Below the pieces are notes generated by a model. The model searched no databases, had not been told where the DNA came from, and was given only the letters and a program-made list of their open reading frames with translations. From contig CALKKV010000029.1 in the NCBI GenBank assembly GCA_937992195.1, positions 1,268 to 65,267 of the forward strand: a stretch of 64,000 nucleotides of DNA. Reading direction: 5' to 3'. Source of the DNA: an uncultured Gammaproteobacteria bacterium. GTDB lineage: Bacteria; Pseudomonadota; Gammaproteobacteria; Arenicellales; Poriferihabitantaceae. The position numbers were made by a program, and so were the translations under genes. Below, in pieces: positions 10,296-20,033 of the stretch. Positions within the stretch are counted from its first letter, which is position 1, and every line of letters starts with the position of its first letter.

Positions 10296-12102
10296 CAGCG
10301 GCGAGCAAGTTTCGGTTGTTGTCGTAAATTTTAATAGCGGAGCATATCTGGAAAGGTGTATCCGATCTCTACTTCTCTCGGATATCACGTTAGAAATCTG
10401 TGTGGTCGATAACTGCTCATCAGATGACAGTATTGAGAAACTAAAAGGGCTGGAAGAGCAGCTCAAGAATAGCGGACACAGCTTGATTGAGATTCAGAAT
10501 GAGAGAAATTGCGGATTTTCCAGCGCCGTGAATATTGGTGCAGCCGCAACTTCCTCTAACGATCTGTTTATTTTGAACCCCGATTGTTTTGTTCATTCAC
10601 ACACGGTTCGCTTGCTGAAAGAAGCGTTGAGTTTAAGCGATAATGCAGGAGTTGTCGGGCCGTTAGTTTTTAATGAGAATGGAACTGAGCAAGTGGGCTG
10701 TCGTAGAAATGAGCCCACAATGTATCGAAGCGCGATTAAGGCACTTGGATTGTCAAAGTGGTTTGAGGGAGTTGATTTGCGCTATCAGCCAATTCCCGAG
10801 GATGTGCAAACTGTAGATGCTATCTCTGGATGTGCAATGATGTTTCGTCGAGAACGCTTTGAGAAAATAGGTGGAATGGATGAACGTTATTTTTTACATT
10901 GTGAGGACCTGGATATTTGTCGTCGAATGCGAGACGCAGGTTACGAAGTGCGTTTTGTACCTTCCGTATCTCTGTTTCATCAACAGGGTGCCTCCGGTGG
11001 TGCATCCGATCAACGAATAGAAAACCTTAAGCACGAAGGTATGATGGCTTATTATCTTCAGCACTATGGGCAAAACAGTCCTGTTGCGGTGCTTCTGGTC
11101 AAGTTTTTTGTTTACGCTCATCTATGGGTAAAAAGGGCAAGATCTTTTGCAAAGGAACAGCTAGCTGGTCGTGGCCTACAGAATGCCACAGAAGATCAAT
11201 CTAATAGATATTTGCCTGATCTTCCGGGCCCAAATAGCGCACCAGTATCGCTTGTTACGGGCGCAAATTCCGATGTTGGTGATTTCTTTTTAAAAAGAGC
11301 TGGTAAAGAAAACCTGAAGTGCATTGCTGTTTTTCGCAACAACAGAATGAAGTCAGAAGATAGTTGTATTTCCTGGATGGCAGGCGAGTACTTCGAGAAA
11401 GTTCCAGCTGACGACATGCCTTTGTTCGATCAATGGGTAAATTTAGCACCGATCTGGACAATTGAACGTTTTTTAGCATTTTTTAAGCGAGATTTCCCCC
11501 GAAAAATTGTTGCATTAAGTTCGACAAGTGTCGAAGCGAAGTCTTCCAGCGATAACGCGCAAGAGCTGAAAATAGTTATGATGCTGAAGAAAGGCGAAGA
11601 GAGATTATTCGAGATTGCGAATAAGCACAGTATCAGAAGTGTAGTTTTGCGACCGACGTTAATTTATGGCGGGCCGCGCAATAGAAATATAAACTTGATC
11701 GCGCTTATTATAAGAAAAACCAGAATGTTTCCTATTGTTGGTCATGCTAACGGTAAGAGACAACCTGTTCACGCAGATGACGTAGCAGCTGCCTGTCAAC
11801 TGGCACTTGCCGATGATTCGGTAAATGGTGCTTTTTCCATTGCAGGAGCTGAAATTTTGACTTTTCGTGAGATGGTGGTTCGTGTGTTTGAGTCTTTGGG
11901 GCAATCACCCAAGTTTCTCAGCTGTCCGAAATTTATGGTGAAAGGTGTATTATCTGTCGCCAGTCATATTCCTGTTTTTAAAGGTTTGTCAGCTGGTTTG
12001 GTTGCTAGATTACAAACCGACCAGGTTTTTTCAAATACTGACGCAATCGAGGCGTTTGGTTATTCTCCAAGAAGTTTTCAACCAAAAAATGATGAGCTGT
12101 AG
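10285..12102 (+). CDS. GT2 glycosyltransferase fused to an atypical NAD-dependent epimerase/SDR domain
   Basis: N-half: VDNCSSD, LNPD, MDERYFLHCEDLD. C-half: LVTGANSDVG, LRPTLIYG, RQPVHADDVA. Confidence 0.8.
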   Translation: MKNNSGEQVSVVVVNFNSGAYLERCIRSLLLSDITLEICVVDNCSSDDSIEKLKGLEEQLKNSGHSLIEIQNERNCGFSSAVNIGAAATSSNDLFILNPDCFVHSHTVRLLKEALSLSDNAGVVGPLVFNENGTEQVGCRRNEPTMYRSAIKALGLSKWFEGVDLRYQPIPEDVQTVDAISGCAMMFRRERFEKIGGMDERYFLHCEDLDICRRMRDAGYEVRFVPSVSLFHQQGASGGASDQRIENLKHEGMMAYYLQHYGQNSPVAVLLVKFFVYAHLWVKRARSFAKEQLAGRGLQNATEDQSNRYLPDLPGPNSAPVSLVTGANSDVGDFFLKRAGKENLKCIAVFRNNRMKSEDSCISWMAGEYFEKVPADDMPLFDQWVNLAPIWTIERFLAFFKRDFPRKIVALSSTSVEAKSSSDNAQELKIVMMLKKGEERLFEIANKHSIRSVVLRPTLIYGGPRNRNINLIALIIRKTRMFPIVGHANGKRQPVHADDVAAACQLALADDSVNGAFSIAGAEILTFREMVVRVFESLGQSPKFLSCPKFMVKGVLSVASHIPVFKGLSAGLVARLQTDQVFSNTDAIEAFGYSPRSFQPKNDEL

Positions 12103-12109
12103 GCACTAA

Positions 12110-12841
12110 ATGAAAACAAAAACTGCAATTATTGGTGGAACTGGATTTGATCAAATCGATAGTCTAGAAGTAATCGATCGAAAGGTAGTAAGAACCCCGT
12201 ATGGAGATCCGTCTGGGGTTGTCATCAACGGTAAACTAGGAAAGAAGTCTTTTGTATTTTTACCAAGGCATGGCATATCACATTCAATTCCTCCACATAA
12301 GGTCAACTACCGCGCGAATATCTGGGCGTTAAAAGATTCAGGCGTAGACAAAGTGATTGCATTTGCTGCGGTTGGGGGTATTGATAGAAGTTTGGTGCCG
12401 GGGGCGATCGTTGTGCCAGATCAACTCATTGATTATACCAGTGATAGGGAGCACACCTATTTCGATGGTGAGACAGGAAATGTGACGCACGTTGATTTTT
12501 CCTTTCCTTATTCGACTTCGTTCCGTAAGAAAATAATTTCTGCAGCCAAGAAGGCGAAGGTGAACGTTGTAGAATCAGGATGTTATGCTGCTACTCAAGG
12601 ACCCAGACTTGAAACAGCAGCGGAAATCAACCGCCTAGAGAAAGATGGAGCTACTATCGTGGGAATGACAGGTATGCCCGAGGCTGTGTTGGCGCGCGAA
12701 CTAGAACTTGAATATGTGTGTATTGCAATTGTTGTAAATCCAGCTGCTGGCAGGGGGGATGGAGAGATATCAATGGAAGAAATTCGGCAGGAACTTACCA
12801 GAGGCGCACAAACATCGATTGAAATTTTGAAGAAACTTTAA
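12110..12841 (+). CDS. S-methyl-5'-thioinosine phosphorylase (PNP/MTAP family)
   Basis: IIGGTG, RHG...PPHKVNYRANIWAL, GPRLETAAE, VGMT; VVNPAAG (Asn, 6-oxopurine type) rather than the MTAP TDYD. Confidence 0.85.
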   Translation: MKTKTAIIGGTGFDQIDSLEVIDRKVVRTPYGDPSGVVINGKLGKKSFVFLPRHGISHSIPPHKVNYRANIWALKDSGVDKVIAFAAVGGIDRSLVPGAIVVPDQLIDYTSDREHTYFDGETGNVTHVDFSFPYSTSFRKKIISAAKKAKVNVVESGCYAATQGPRLETAAEINRLEKDGATIVGMTGMPEAVLARELELEYVCIAIVVNPAAGRGDGEISMEEIRQELTRGAQTSIEILKKL

Positions 12842-12914
12842 GATCTTGAGAACGTTGAGGCGTTGAAAGGTTAGATCAAGAGTGCTCGTTTCGATATCGT
12901 TCGTTAGGAAACTT

Positions 12915-13244
12915 ATGATGAAGGTTTTAGCAATGCTGTTTCTATGGGGACTAAGTGCTCCCGTTTTTGCACTCGATTATGCTGATGACGAGGCGGTATG
13001 TAGTGCTATCGAGGCTAATAAAGCGCAAGGGACTGAGGACAGTAAGGAGAATTTCAAAGCTACTTGTTCTTGCAGATTAAAAATATTCCAAAATGCTCTT
13101 GAGCCGGAAAAATATGGCGACGCTGTTGAGTGGATGATTGATGCAGAGGCCTTTGCTGAAACATTACCGAAAGGGTTTCAATCTCTAACGTTTATGTCAG
13201 AGATTTTATTGTTAGATATTGAGTCTAAGAAGAGTTGCGAATGA
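12915..13244 (+). CDS. Small secreted hypothetical protein with 4 Cys
   Basis: AGGA SD before ATG 12915; Sec signal MMKVLAMLFLWGLSAPVFA; CSC motif (ORF track starts at 12882). Confidence 0.7.
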   Translation: MMKVLAMLFLWGLSAPVFALDYADDEAVCSAIEANKAQGTEDSKENFKATCSCRLKIFQNALEPEKYGDAVEWMIDAEAFAETLPKGFQSLTFMSEILLLDIESKKSCE

Positions 13245-13345
13245 TTGTAACTGCAGGTTGTTTGGTTTATTTCGGTTGGGAATATTTGTGGTAAGGAGCA
13301 ATGAATTTGATAAATCTCGGCGTAAGCGAATCCAAGCTATATCTA

Positions 13346-13966
13346 TTAACCAGGCCAAACTCCAATAATCGCGCCGAACCTTGGATTGTCGAAGTAGTGT
13401 ATTTCTTTAAACTTTAAACGTCGTTTTTCGTTGATAAAGTATAGTGGTCCGGGGCTAGAGAGGTTTGTGGATACGCTTTCAAGGCTTTGCTGGTTATTCT
13501 GTAGAGTGGTTTGCTGTCTAATATCCGCCGCCGGAGTCGGCGCTCTTGCAATAAGACCCATATTCAAATCCGCGAAGATCAAAGAAGTCTTATATACTTT
13601 AAGGAATGCTTTGAGACTCCCTGTGCTCAAATCAAAGGTGGTAGCATTCTGATAGCTTCGTGCATTTAGTGCCCAGCGACCGGATTGGATGACACGATTT
13701 CCACCGCCGTTTAGGTTGTTTTCAATGCGTTTTAATAAGCTTGGCGAAGTTAATGTTTTCGGTCTTCTCGATGTGTTCTCTAAAGACTGAAGTATGGTTC
13801 TCCCTTTTAAAACCTGATTGGAATCAGGACGCCAGGATTCTTCTCTCTGTTCACCATTAACGCTTCGCTCAAAAATAACAATTTCTACGATATAGTTTCT
13901 TGCCGACGCTGTTGTAACGATGCTCATCATTAAGATGGCGCACACAAGTTTAGTTATTAGATGCAT
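13346..13966 (-). CDS. csiV: CsiV-like periplasmic peptidoglycan-binding protein
   Basis: Signal peptide, Y.VEIVIF start, C-terminal EKRRLK..EIHYFDNPRFGAII; immediately downstream of mfd as in Vibrio/Pseudomonas. Confidence 0.7.
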   Translation of the reverse strand: MHLITKLVCAILMMSIVTTASARNYIVEIVIFERSVNGEQREESWRPDSNQVLKGRTILQSLENTSRRPKTLTSPSLLKRIENNLNGGGNRVIQSGRWALNARSYQNATTFDLSTGSLKAFLKVYKTSLIFADLNMGLIARAPTPAADIRQQTTLQNNQQSLESVSTNLSSPGPLYFINEKRRLKFKEIHYFDNPRFGAIIGVWPG

Positions 13967-14108
13967 AAGTGGCGGTAACTGGGTTATACATAGATTTTGC
14001 GAGAAGGTGCAATGTGTTTACCAAATAGAGCTAAACGAGAGTATACCTGATGTTCTTATTAGATTTTTCACGGAATTTTAGTCAATGATTATAGTTTGAC
14101 GAATATAG

Positions 14109-17100
14109 TTATGAAGATATTTCTAGATCAGCTGCAAGCTGGTCTAGAATGAACTCACAGGCCTTTATTCGTTCATCCGTCTCACTGTATTCGGCTTTTA
14201 ACTTAATAGCTGATGGTCCGGCCAGCTGATAGTCATGGGGGTCGCGTTGGATTAATCCTAGTATTGCTGAAGGGTCGATATTCGGTTGATCATGAAATTC
14301 GAGTAACCCGCCGTTTTCCGCGCAATCTAGCTTCTTGACGCCGATTTTCTCAGCTAGTAAACGCATCGCCGTCAGTCTGAATAGATTTTTTGCTGAATCT
14401 GGCAGCAGTCCGAATCGATCCACAGTCTCGATCTGCAGTTCTTCCAATTCTTCTTCATTTTTTGCACTGGAAATCCGCTTGTATAACATTAAACGAGTAT
14501 GTGTGTTTCCGAGATAGCTCTCAGGGAATAGAGCGGGAACGTGTAATTCAATCACCGAATTAAGTTCTGTTTTTTCAATTTTCTCGGGAATTTTGTTGTC
14601 GCGGATAGACCTTACCGCCATTGCCAGATACTCGCTGTAAAGGCTGAATCCGACATCGTCAATACTACCGCTTTGTGTTTCACCCAATAGCTCTCCTGCA
14701 CCGCGTATTTCAAGGTCGTGAGAAGCCAGGGCAAAGCCAGCCCCAAGATCTTCCATGGAATCGATCGCGGTGAGTCTTTTCTTTGCATCGCTAGTTATTA
14801 GTTTCATTTCCGGGACCAGAAGATAAGCGTATGCCTGATGATGCGATCTTCCCACTCGACCACGAAGCTGGTGGAGCTGCGCCAGTCCAAACTTATCTGC
14901 ACGGTTAATAATGATCGTATTAGCGCTTGGAATGTCAATTCCACTCTCAATTATCGTGCTGCAAACCAGTATGTTAAATCGTTGATGATAGAAATCCTGC
15001 ATGACTCTCTCGAGCTGAAGTTCCGGCATTTGACCATGACCAAAATTAATCTCTGCTTCAGGTATTAGCTCCTTCAATTCTTCGACAGTTTGTTCGATAG
15101 TGCGAACGTTATTGTGCAAAAAATAAACCTGTCCACCACGGCGAATTTCTCTAAGACAGGCCTCTCGAATCAAACCAGCGTTCCAGTCCCTGACAAATGT
15201 TTTTATGGACAATCTTGAGCTTGGAGGAGTGGCGATAATTGAAATTGCGCGCAGACCAGACATTGCCAGGTTAAGTGTTCGAGGAATCGGGGTTGCTGTT
15301 AAGGTGAGGATATCTACTTGACTACGCAATCGTTTGATTTTTTCTTTTTGACGAACACCAAATCGTTGCTCTTCATCAATGATGAGTAATCCGAGATCTC
15401 GAAAGGAAATATCATCCTGCAAAAGTTTATGTGTTCCGATAACAATATCTGGTTGCCCAGTCTTCATCGCTGCGATCACGGCGTCGGATTCTTTTTTGCT
15501 GCGAAATCTGGATAGAAGCTCTACAGATACCGCCATGTCTGCAAATCGGTCGGTGAAACTTTGATAATGTTGCTGCGCCAATAATGTAGTCGGCACAAGC
15601 ATTGCAACTTGCTTTTTATTTTGCACCGCTACGTAAGCTGCTCTCAAGGCAACTTCTGTTTTACCAAACCCAACATCCCCACAAACCAATCTATCCATGG
15701 GTTCTTTCGAGGAGAGGTCAGCTAACACCTCGCTGATTGCTCGATCCTGATCAACGGTTTCCTCAAAGGGAAATCGACTGGTAAACAAACGATAATCTTC
15801 TTCATCTACAGGCATAGCTTGACCTGTACGCGCATTTCTTAGCGCTTCAATTTCAAGCAGTTCTGCAGCGACGTCATATGCCTTTTCGCGTGCCTTCTTT
15901 TTAGCTTTTTGCCATTGTTCACTACCGAGTTTGTGTAGCGGCGCTGTTTCAGGGGCTCCGCCGACATAACGAGCTATCTGATTAAGCGACAAAATTGGGA
16001 CGAAGAGCTTGTCGTTGTCTTGATAGCTGATTACAAGAAACTCAGTTTCTTCGCCATAAATATCAAGATTTTGTAGTCCAACATATCTACCAACGCCGTG
16101 TTCTATATGTACGACCGGGTCTCCTTCACTCAATTCTGCGAGTGAACGAATCATTGACGCTGGATCTTGCGCTTGCTGGGATCTACGCCTGCGCTGAAAT
16201 ACCTTTTCTCCGTAAAGCTGGCTTTCCGTGATGATTTCAATTCTCGCGTTAGGAAGATGTAAACCTCTTTCTAATGCGGCTACACCAATTGCGGGACTTT
16301 CATTTTGAGATAGAAAATCTATGAATCGATCACAACCAACCGCAATCTGCTCATGGTTTATCAGCATGGCCTCCATTGCTTCCCGCCGCCCTGCGGTCTC
16401 TGTGGCAATAAAGATTTTATCTTTGGAATTTTCAATATGTTTTAAGAAAAGTCCATAAGGTAATTCTTCCTTAGGGTTCACCGGCAGCTGACGACCTGGT
16501 TTCGTAGCAGCAATCCAATCGGCGCTTTGATCATTCCCAGGAGCGTGAACAATTTTTTGATATTGCGCGAGCTCGGCTAGAAGTTGATCGGGATTAAGAT
16601 AAAGAGATTCCGGCGGCAAAACTTTTCTACTGTTGTCATAGTTTGCGTTGGTATAACGGTCCTTTACTTCCGCCCAACGGGCACGACACTGATCAGTGAA
16701 GGACTGTTCGTACAGGATCAGGGTTTCTGCGGGTAAATAATCAAAAAGTGTCGCGGTTTTTTCAAAGAAGAGCGGAAAGAAAAATTCAGTGCCGGCAGGG
16801 GTATTTCCACTGCTGACTTCGTTATATACAGTTTGCTTTCTTGGATCCCCCTCGAACTCTTTCCTGAAAGCCTGGCGGAAACGCTTAATACCTTCCTCAT
16901 TCATAGGAAACTCTCTGGCAGGGAGCAGCTCTATCTTGCTTGTTTTTCCGGAAGATCGTTGTGTGTCGGGATCAAACAACCGTATCGATTCCACCTCATC
17001 GTCAAACATATCAAGACGAAAGGGTGATTCCGCACCGCTTGGAAAAATATCAATGAGCCCACCTCTGACAGCAAATTCCCCGGGTGATAATACCTGGCTT

Positions 17101-17627
17101 ACACTGACATAGTTGGCGCTAACAAGTTTCTCTCTGAGACTATCCAGGTCGATAGACTCACCTTCCTGAATGTGAAAGCTGTGACCCAGAACATAGTCAA
17201 CTGGCGGCAGCTTTTGTCCAAGGTTTTCTGCCGTTGTGAGTACTACACCATGTTTGTACTGTTTTAGGTTAGAAAGTAGCCTTAATCGCTCGGAAGTAAT
17301 ATCTTGATGCGGAGAGAATACATCATAAGGCAGGCATTCCCAGCTGGGAAAATGGAGGATTTCTACGCTTGATTCCTTAGATTTGCTTTCTCTGTTTGAG
17401 TCAGTTTCTGCTGATTGACCAGGTTCAGATACCTGGTTAAGGAAAAACTGTATTTCAGTTTCCAGTATCTGTAGCTGACGCGGGTTTTCCATGACAACCA
17501 GCACCAGTCCTTGATGCGAACTGATACTTTCTGAAATCGCTAAGCCTAGAGCAGCGCCATGTAGATTTGACCAAACAACAGGCCGATTTCCTGAGGGCAA
17601 GAGTGGTGACAGGAGGGCTTTCAGCAT
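14109..17627 (-). CDS. mfd: Transcription-repair coupling factor
   Basis: GEFAVRGG.IDIF, CarD-like VVHIEHGVGRY, CGDVGFGKTEVA, DEEQRFG, TATPIPRTL, QLRGRVGR, TRCF C-terminus. Confidence 0.98.
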   Translation of the reverse strand: MLKALLSPLLPSGNRPVVWSNLHGAALGLAISESISSHQGLVLVVMENPRQLQILETEIQFFLNQVSEPGQSAETDSNRESKSKESSVEILHFPSWECLPYDVFSPHQDITSERLRLLSNLKQYKHGVVLTTAENLGQKLPPVDYVLGHSFHIQEGESIDLDSLREKLVSANYVSVSQVLSPGEFAVRGGLIDIFPSGAESPFRLDMFDDEVESIRLFDPDTQRSSGKTSKIELLPAREFPMNEEGIKRFRQAFRKEFEGDPRKQTVYNEVSSGNTPAGTEFFFPLFFEKTATLFDYLPAETLILYEQSFTDQCRARWAEVKDRYTNANYDNSRKVLPPESLYLNPDQLLAELAQYQKIVHAPGNDQSADWIAATKPGRQLPVNPKEELPYGLFLKHIENSKDKIFIATETAGRREAMEAMLINHEQIAVGCDRFIDFLSQNESPAIGVAALERGLHLPNARIEIITESQLYGEKVFQRRRRSQQAQDPASMIRSLAELSEGDPVVHIEHGVGRYVGLQNLDIYGEETEFLVISYQDNDKLFVPILSLNQIARYVGGAPETAPLHKLGSEQWQKAKKKAREKAYDVAAELLEIEALRNARTGQAMPVDEEDYRLFTSRFPFEETVDQDRAISEVLADLSSKEPMDRLVCGDVGFGKTEVALRAAYVAVQNKKQVAMLVPTTLLAQQHYQSFTDRFADMAVSVELLSRFRSKKESDAVIAAMKTGQPDIVIGTHKLLQDDISFRDLGLLIIDEEQRFGVRQKEKIKRLRSQVDILTLTATPIPRTLNLAMSGLRAISIIATPPSSRLSIKTFVRDWNAGLIREACLREIRRGGQVYFLHNNVRTIEQTVEELKELIPEAEINFGHGQMPELQLERVMQDFYHQRFNILVCSTIIESGIDIPSANTIIINRADKFGLAQLHQLRGRVGRSHHQAYAYLLVPEMKLITSDAKKRLTAIDSMEDLGAGFALASHDLEIRGAGELLGETQSGSIDDVGFSLYSEYLAMAVRSIRDNKIPEKIEKTELNSVIELHVPALFPESYLGNTHTRLMLYKRISSAKNEEELEELQIETVDRFGLLPDSAKNLFRLTAMRLLAEKIGVKKLDCAENGGLLEFHDQPNIDPSAILGLIQRDPHDYQLAGPSAIKLKAEYSETDERIKACEFILDQLAADLEISS

Positions 17628-17736
17628 TATAGATAAATGGGTAACAGACGCTTAAATATGTCATACAATCGGGGCGCGAATTTTAACTGTCTCACCATAA
17701 AAGCCCAAATGAATCTTATTGATATCTGGTCAATCT

Positions 17737-18441
17737 ATGCAGTCTATAGCTAACCAAATCTGGGCTATCGTTCCGGCGGCCGGGAGCGGCCGACGTATGA
17801 ATGCCGGTCAGCCAAAACAGTATTTGCCATTACGAGGACGAGCGGTTATTGACCACACGCTAGAGGTGATACTGTCTGAACCAAGAGTGGATAAGGTTTT
17901 GGTTGGCATAAGGCAGGAAGACCCCGAATGGTCGCAAAGCTTATCCAGTGGGCATCTGCGAGTGTCTAGCTATGTCGGAGGAGCGGAACGGGTAAATACT
18001 GTACTAAATGGCATTAAAGCCGTTACAACCGAGTTTAATGGCGTATCTGACGACTGGATTTTAGTGCATGACGCTGTGCGTCCATGCTTAAAAAACTCTG
18101 ATTTAACAAGTTTGATAAAGTTTTGTTTGCATTCTGGGGAAGGCGCAATTCTGGGCACCACGGTCGTGGATACGATCAAGCGTGTCGATGCGCAAAGTAC
18201 GGTGGTCAAGACCGAATCCAGAGAAGGATTGTGGCGGGCTTTGACTCCGCAGATGTTCAGGCTTGGTGCACTGCGAGACGCTTTAGAGTTCTGTGTAAAA
18301 AATGAAATCGAGTGTACTGATGAAGCACAAGCAATGGAGTTGTCAGGTTATACAGTTTCGATGGTGTCCGCTGATTCATCTAATATTAAAATCACCCATC
18401 CGGGCGATCTAGCGCTAGCTGACTTCTATCTATCAAAATGA
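17737..18441 (+). CDS. ispD: 2-C-methyl-D-erythritol 4-phosphate cytidylyltransferase
   Basis: VPAAGSGRRM...PKQY, VHDAVRPC, TPQMF, TDEA, NIKIT (alternative TTG start at 17719). Confidence 0.95.
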   Translation: MQSIANQIWAIVPAAGSGRRMNAGQPKQYLPLRGRAVIDHTLEVILSEPRVDKVLVGIRQEDPEWSQSLSSGHLRVSSYVGGAERVNTVLNGIKAVTTEFNGVSDDWILVHDAVRPCLKNSDLTSLIKFCLHSGEGAILGTTVVDTIKRVDAQSTVVKTESREGLWRALTPQMFRLGALRDALEFCVKNEIECTDEAQAMELSGYTVSMVSADSSNIKITHPGDLALADFYLSK

Positions 18442-18917
18442 ACTTTAGAATTGGACATGGGTATGACGTTCATAAGCTGGTTACCGGTCGCGATCTAGTA
18501 ATTGGAGGCGTATCCATTCCCTATGATCTAGGACTAGAAGGCCATTCAGATGCGGATGTGTTGCTACATGCGATGTGCGATGCGCTATTGGGCGCGGCTG
18601 GACTCGGCGATATCGGAAGACACTTTCCGCCTTCCGATTCACAGTTTGAGGGGATGAACAGTCGAGTTTTTGTACAGCGAGTCAATGCGTTGTTGCTGGA
18701 GAAAGGTTGGAAAGTCGGCAACGTTGATCTAACTATCGTTGCCGAGAAACCAAAGATGGCGCCGTATATATCTACAATGTCGATGAACATCAGTCTGGAT
18801 CTCGATATCACGGTTGAGCAAGTCAATGTTAAGGCTACAACGACCGAAGGTTTAGGCTTTTGCGGAACAGGTGAGGGCATTGCATGTCACGCGGTAGCGT
18901 TGATTTTTCGTGTCTGA
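18438..18917 (+). CDS. ispF: 2-C-methyl-D-erythritol 2,4-cyclodiphosphate synthase
   Basis: RIGHGYDVH, GHSDADVLLHA, GDIGRHFP, NVKATTTEGLGF. Confidence 0.97.
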   Translation: MNFRIGHGYDVHKLVTGRDLVIGGVSIPYDLGLEGHSDADVLLHAMCDALLGAAGLGDIGRHFPPSDSQFEGMNSRVFVQRVNALLLEKGWKVGNVDLTIVAEKPKMAPYISTMSMNISLDLDITVEQVNVKATTTEGLGFCGTGEGIACHAVALIFRV

Positions 18918-18930
18918 TACCAACAATTCA

Positions 18931-19284
18931 CTACCCTTTTAGCATTCGACCCAGAGGGCGCCCTCCAACCAAATGCATGTGTAGGTGATATACTTCTTGA
19001 TGCCCATGACTGCCGCAATTGATGAGCAGTCGATAGCCGTCTTCAGCGATCCCTTCTTCTTTGGCCAAATTTCTAGCAACGATGAACATATAACCGATCA
19101 AGGCTTCATCTGTTTCGCCAATATCATTAACCGTCGGTATGATTTTGTTAGGGATGATAAGAATGTGGGTGGGTGCTTGTGGGTTGATATCTCGAAAAGC
19201 CGTGACGCGATCATCTTGAAAAAGAATATCTGCGGGAATTTCTCCTTTGACGATTTTGCTAAATAGCGTTTCTTCGTTGCTCAT
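18931..19284 (-). CDS. hinT: Histidine triad nucleotide-binding protein
   Basis: [33 protein letters not shown] triad. Confidence 0.93.
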   Translation of the reverse strand: MSNEETLFSKIVKGEIPADILFQDDRVTAFRDINPQAPTHILIIPNKIIPTVNDIGETDEALIGYMFIVARNLAKEEGIAEDGYRLLINCGSHGHQEVYHLHMHLVGGRPLGRMLKG

Positions 19285-19299
19285 GTTCTTTGGTTTGCT

Positions 19300-19917
19300 C
19301 TATTTTGGGTTGCTTGAGGAAAAATGCTGGTCGAGTGAATCTAGCTGCCTAGCGATTTTATGAAGCTCGGTATTATAGATTTTCATTTGATTCATATGCT
19401 TTACCGTGTTCAGAACATATTCCTTGTTACAGCCACGATACCCTTCAGCACTGTTCACGATACTGGCAGTCTCTTCAGCAGACATCTTGTGTGCGAAATG
19501 GGGATGATCTGTTTTCGACACGAAAGTTGTCGCTTCGACTTTTCTCCCATCATCTATACTCACCTGGCAGATTTTTGCATCGTAGGCCCCGGTTATAAGT
19601 TCACGATCGCAGAGATAATCCAGAACTTCCTGCTGGCTATTTTTATCAATCCGATAGGCATAACCTCTGCAGGATCCTCCTAGTGCTAAGCCAAGCACCA
19701 AACCAGGTTGTTTAATGTTGCCACGATAACGTACTGACCAAAGACATAGTCTGCGATGATAACCGTGGACAAGTCCGGGAGCGGATTCGACAAATTCAAA
19801 ACCAGGATTCCACATCAATGATCCATATGCGAATATCCAGAACTCCCCCTCTGGAACAGGAATCGATTCGACTGTTCCAGGCACCAAAGCGGTCAGATTA
19901 AACTTGGGATACTTCAA
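19300..19917 (-). CDS. chaC: Glutathione-specific gamma-glutamylcyclotransferase (ChaC)
   Basis: WIFAYGSLMW.PGF, YRG...PGLVLGL..GGSC.G, L..RE, G.N.EYV.NT. Confidence 0.9.
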   Translation of the reverse strand: MKYPKFNLTALVPGTVESIPVPEGEFWIFAYGSLMWNPGFEFVESAPGLVHGYHRRLCLWSVRYRGNIKQPGLVLGLALGGSCRGYAYRIDKNSQQEVLDYLCDRELITGAYDAKICQVSIDDGRKVEATTFVSKTDHPHFAHKMSAEETASIVNSAEGYRGCNKEYVLNTVKHMNQMKIYNTELHKIARQLDSLDQHFSSSNPK

Positions 19918-20033
19918 AAAAGATTGTCAGAATATAGTTGAATGGTAGAGTATGCCGAAATTGAAAACCGGAAAGCGTTGGATAGCGCTAATTGATCAGC
20001 AATTTGATCGTGCAAAATGTTTATTTTCCAATC

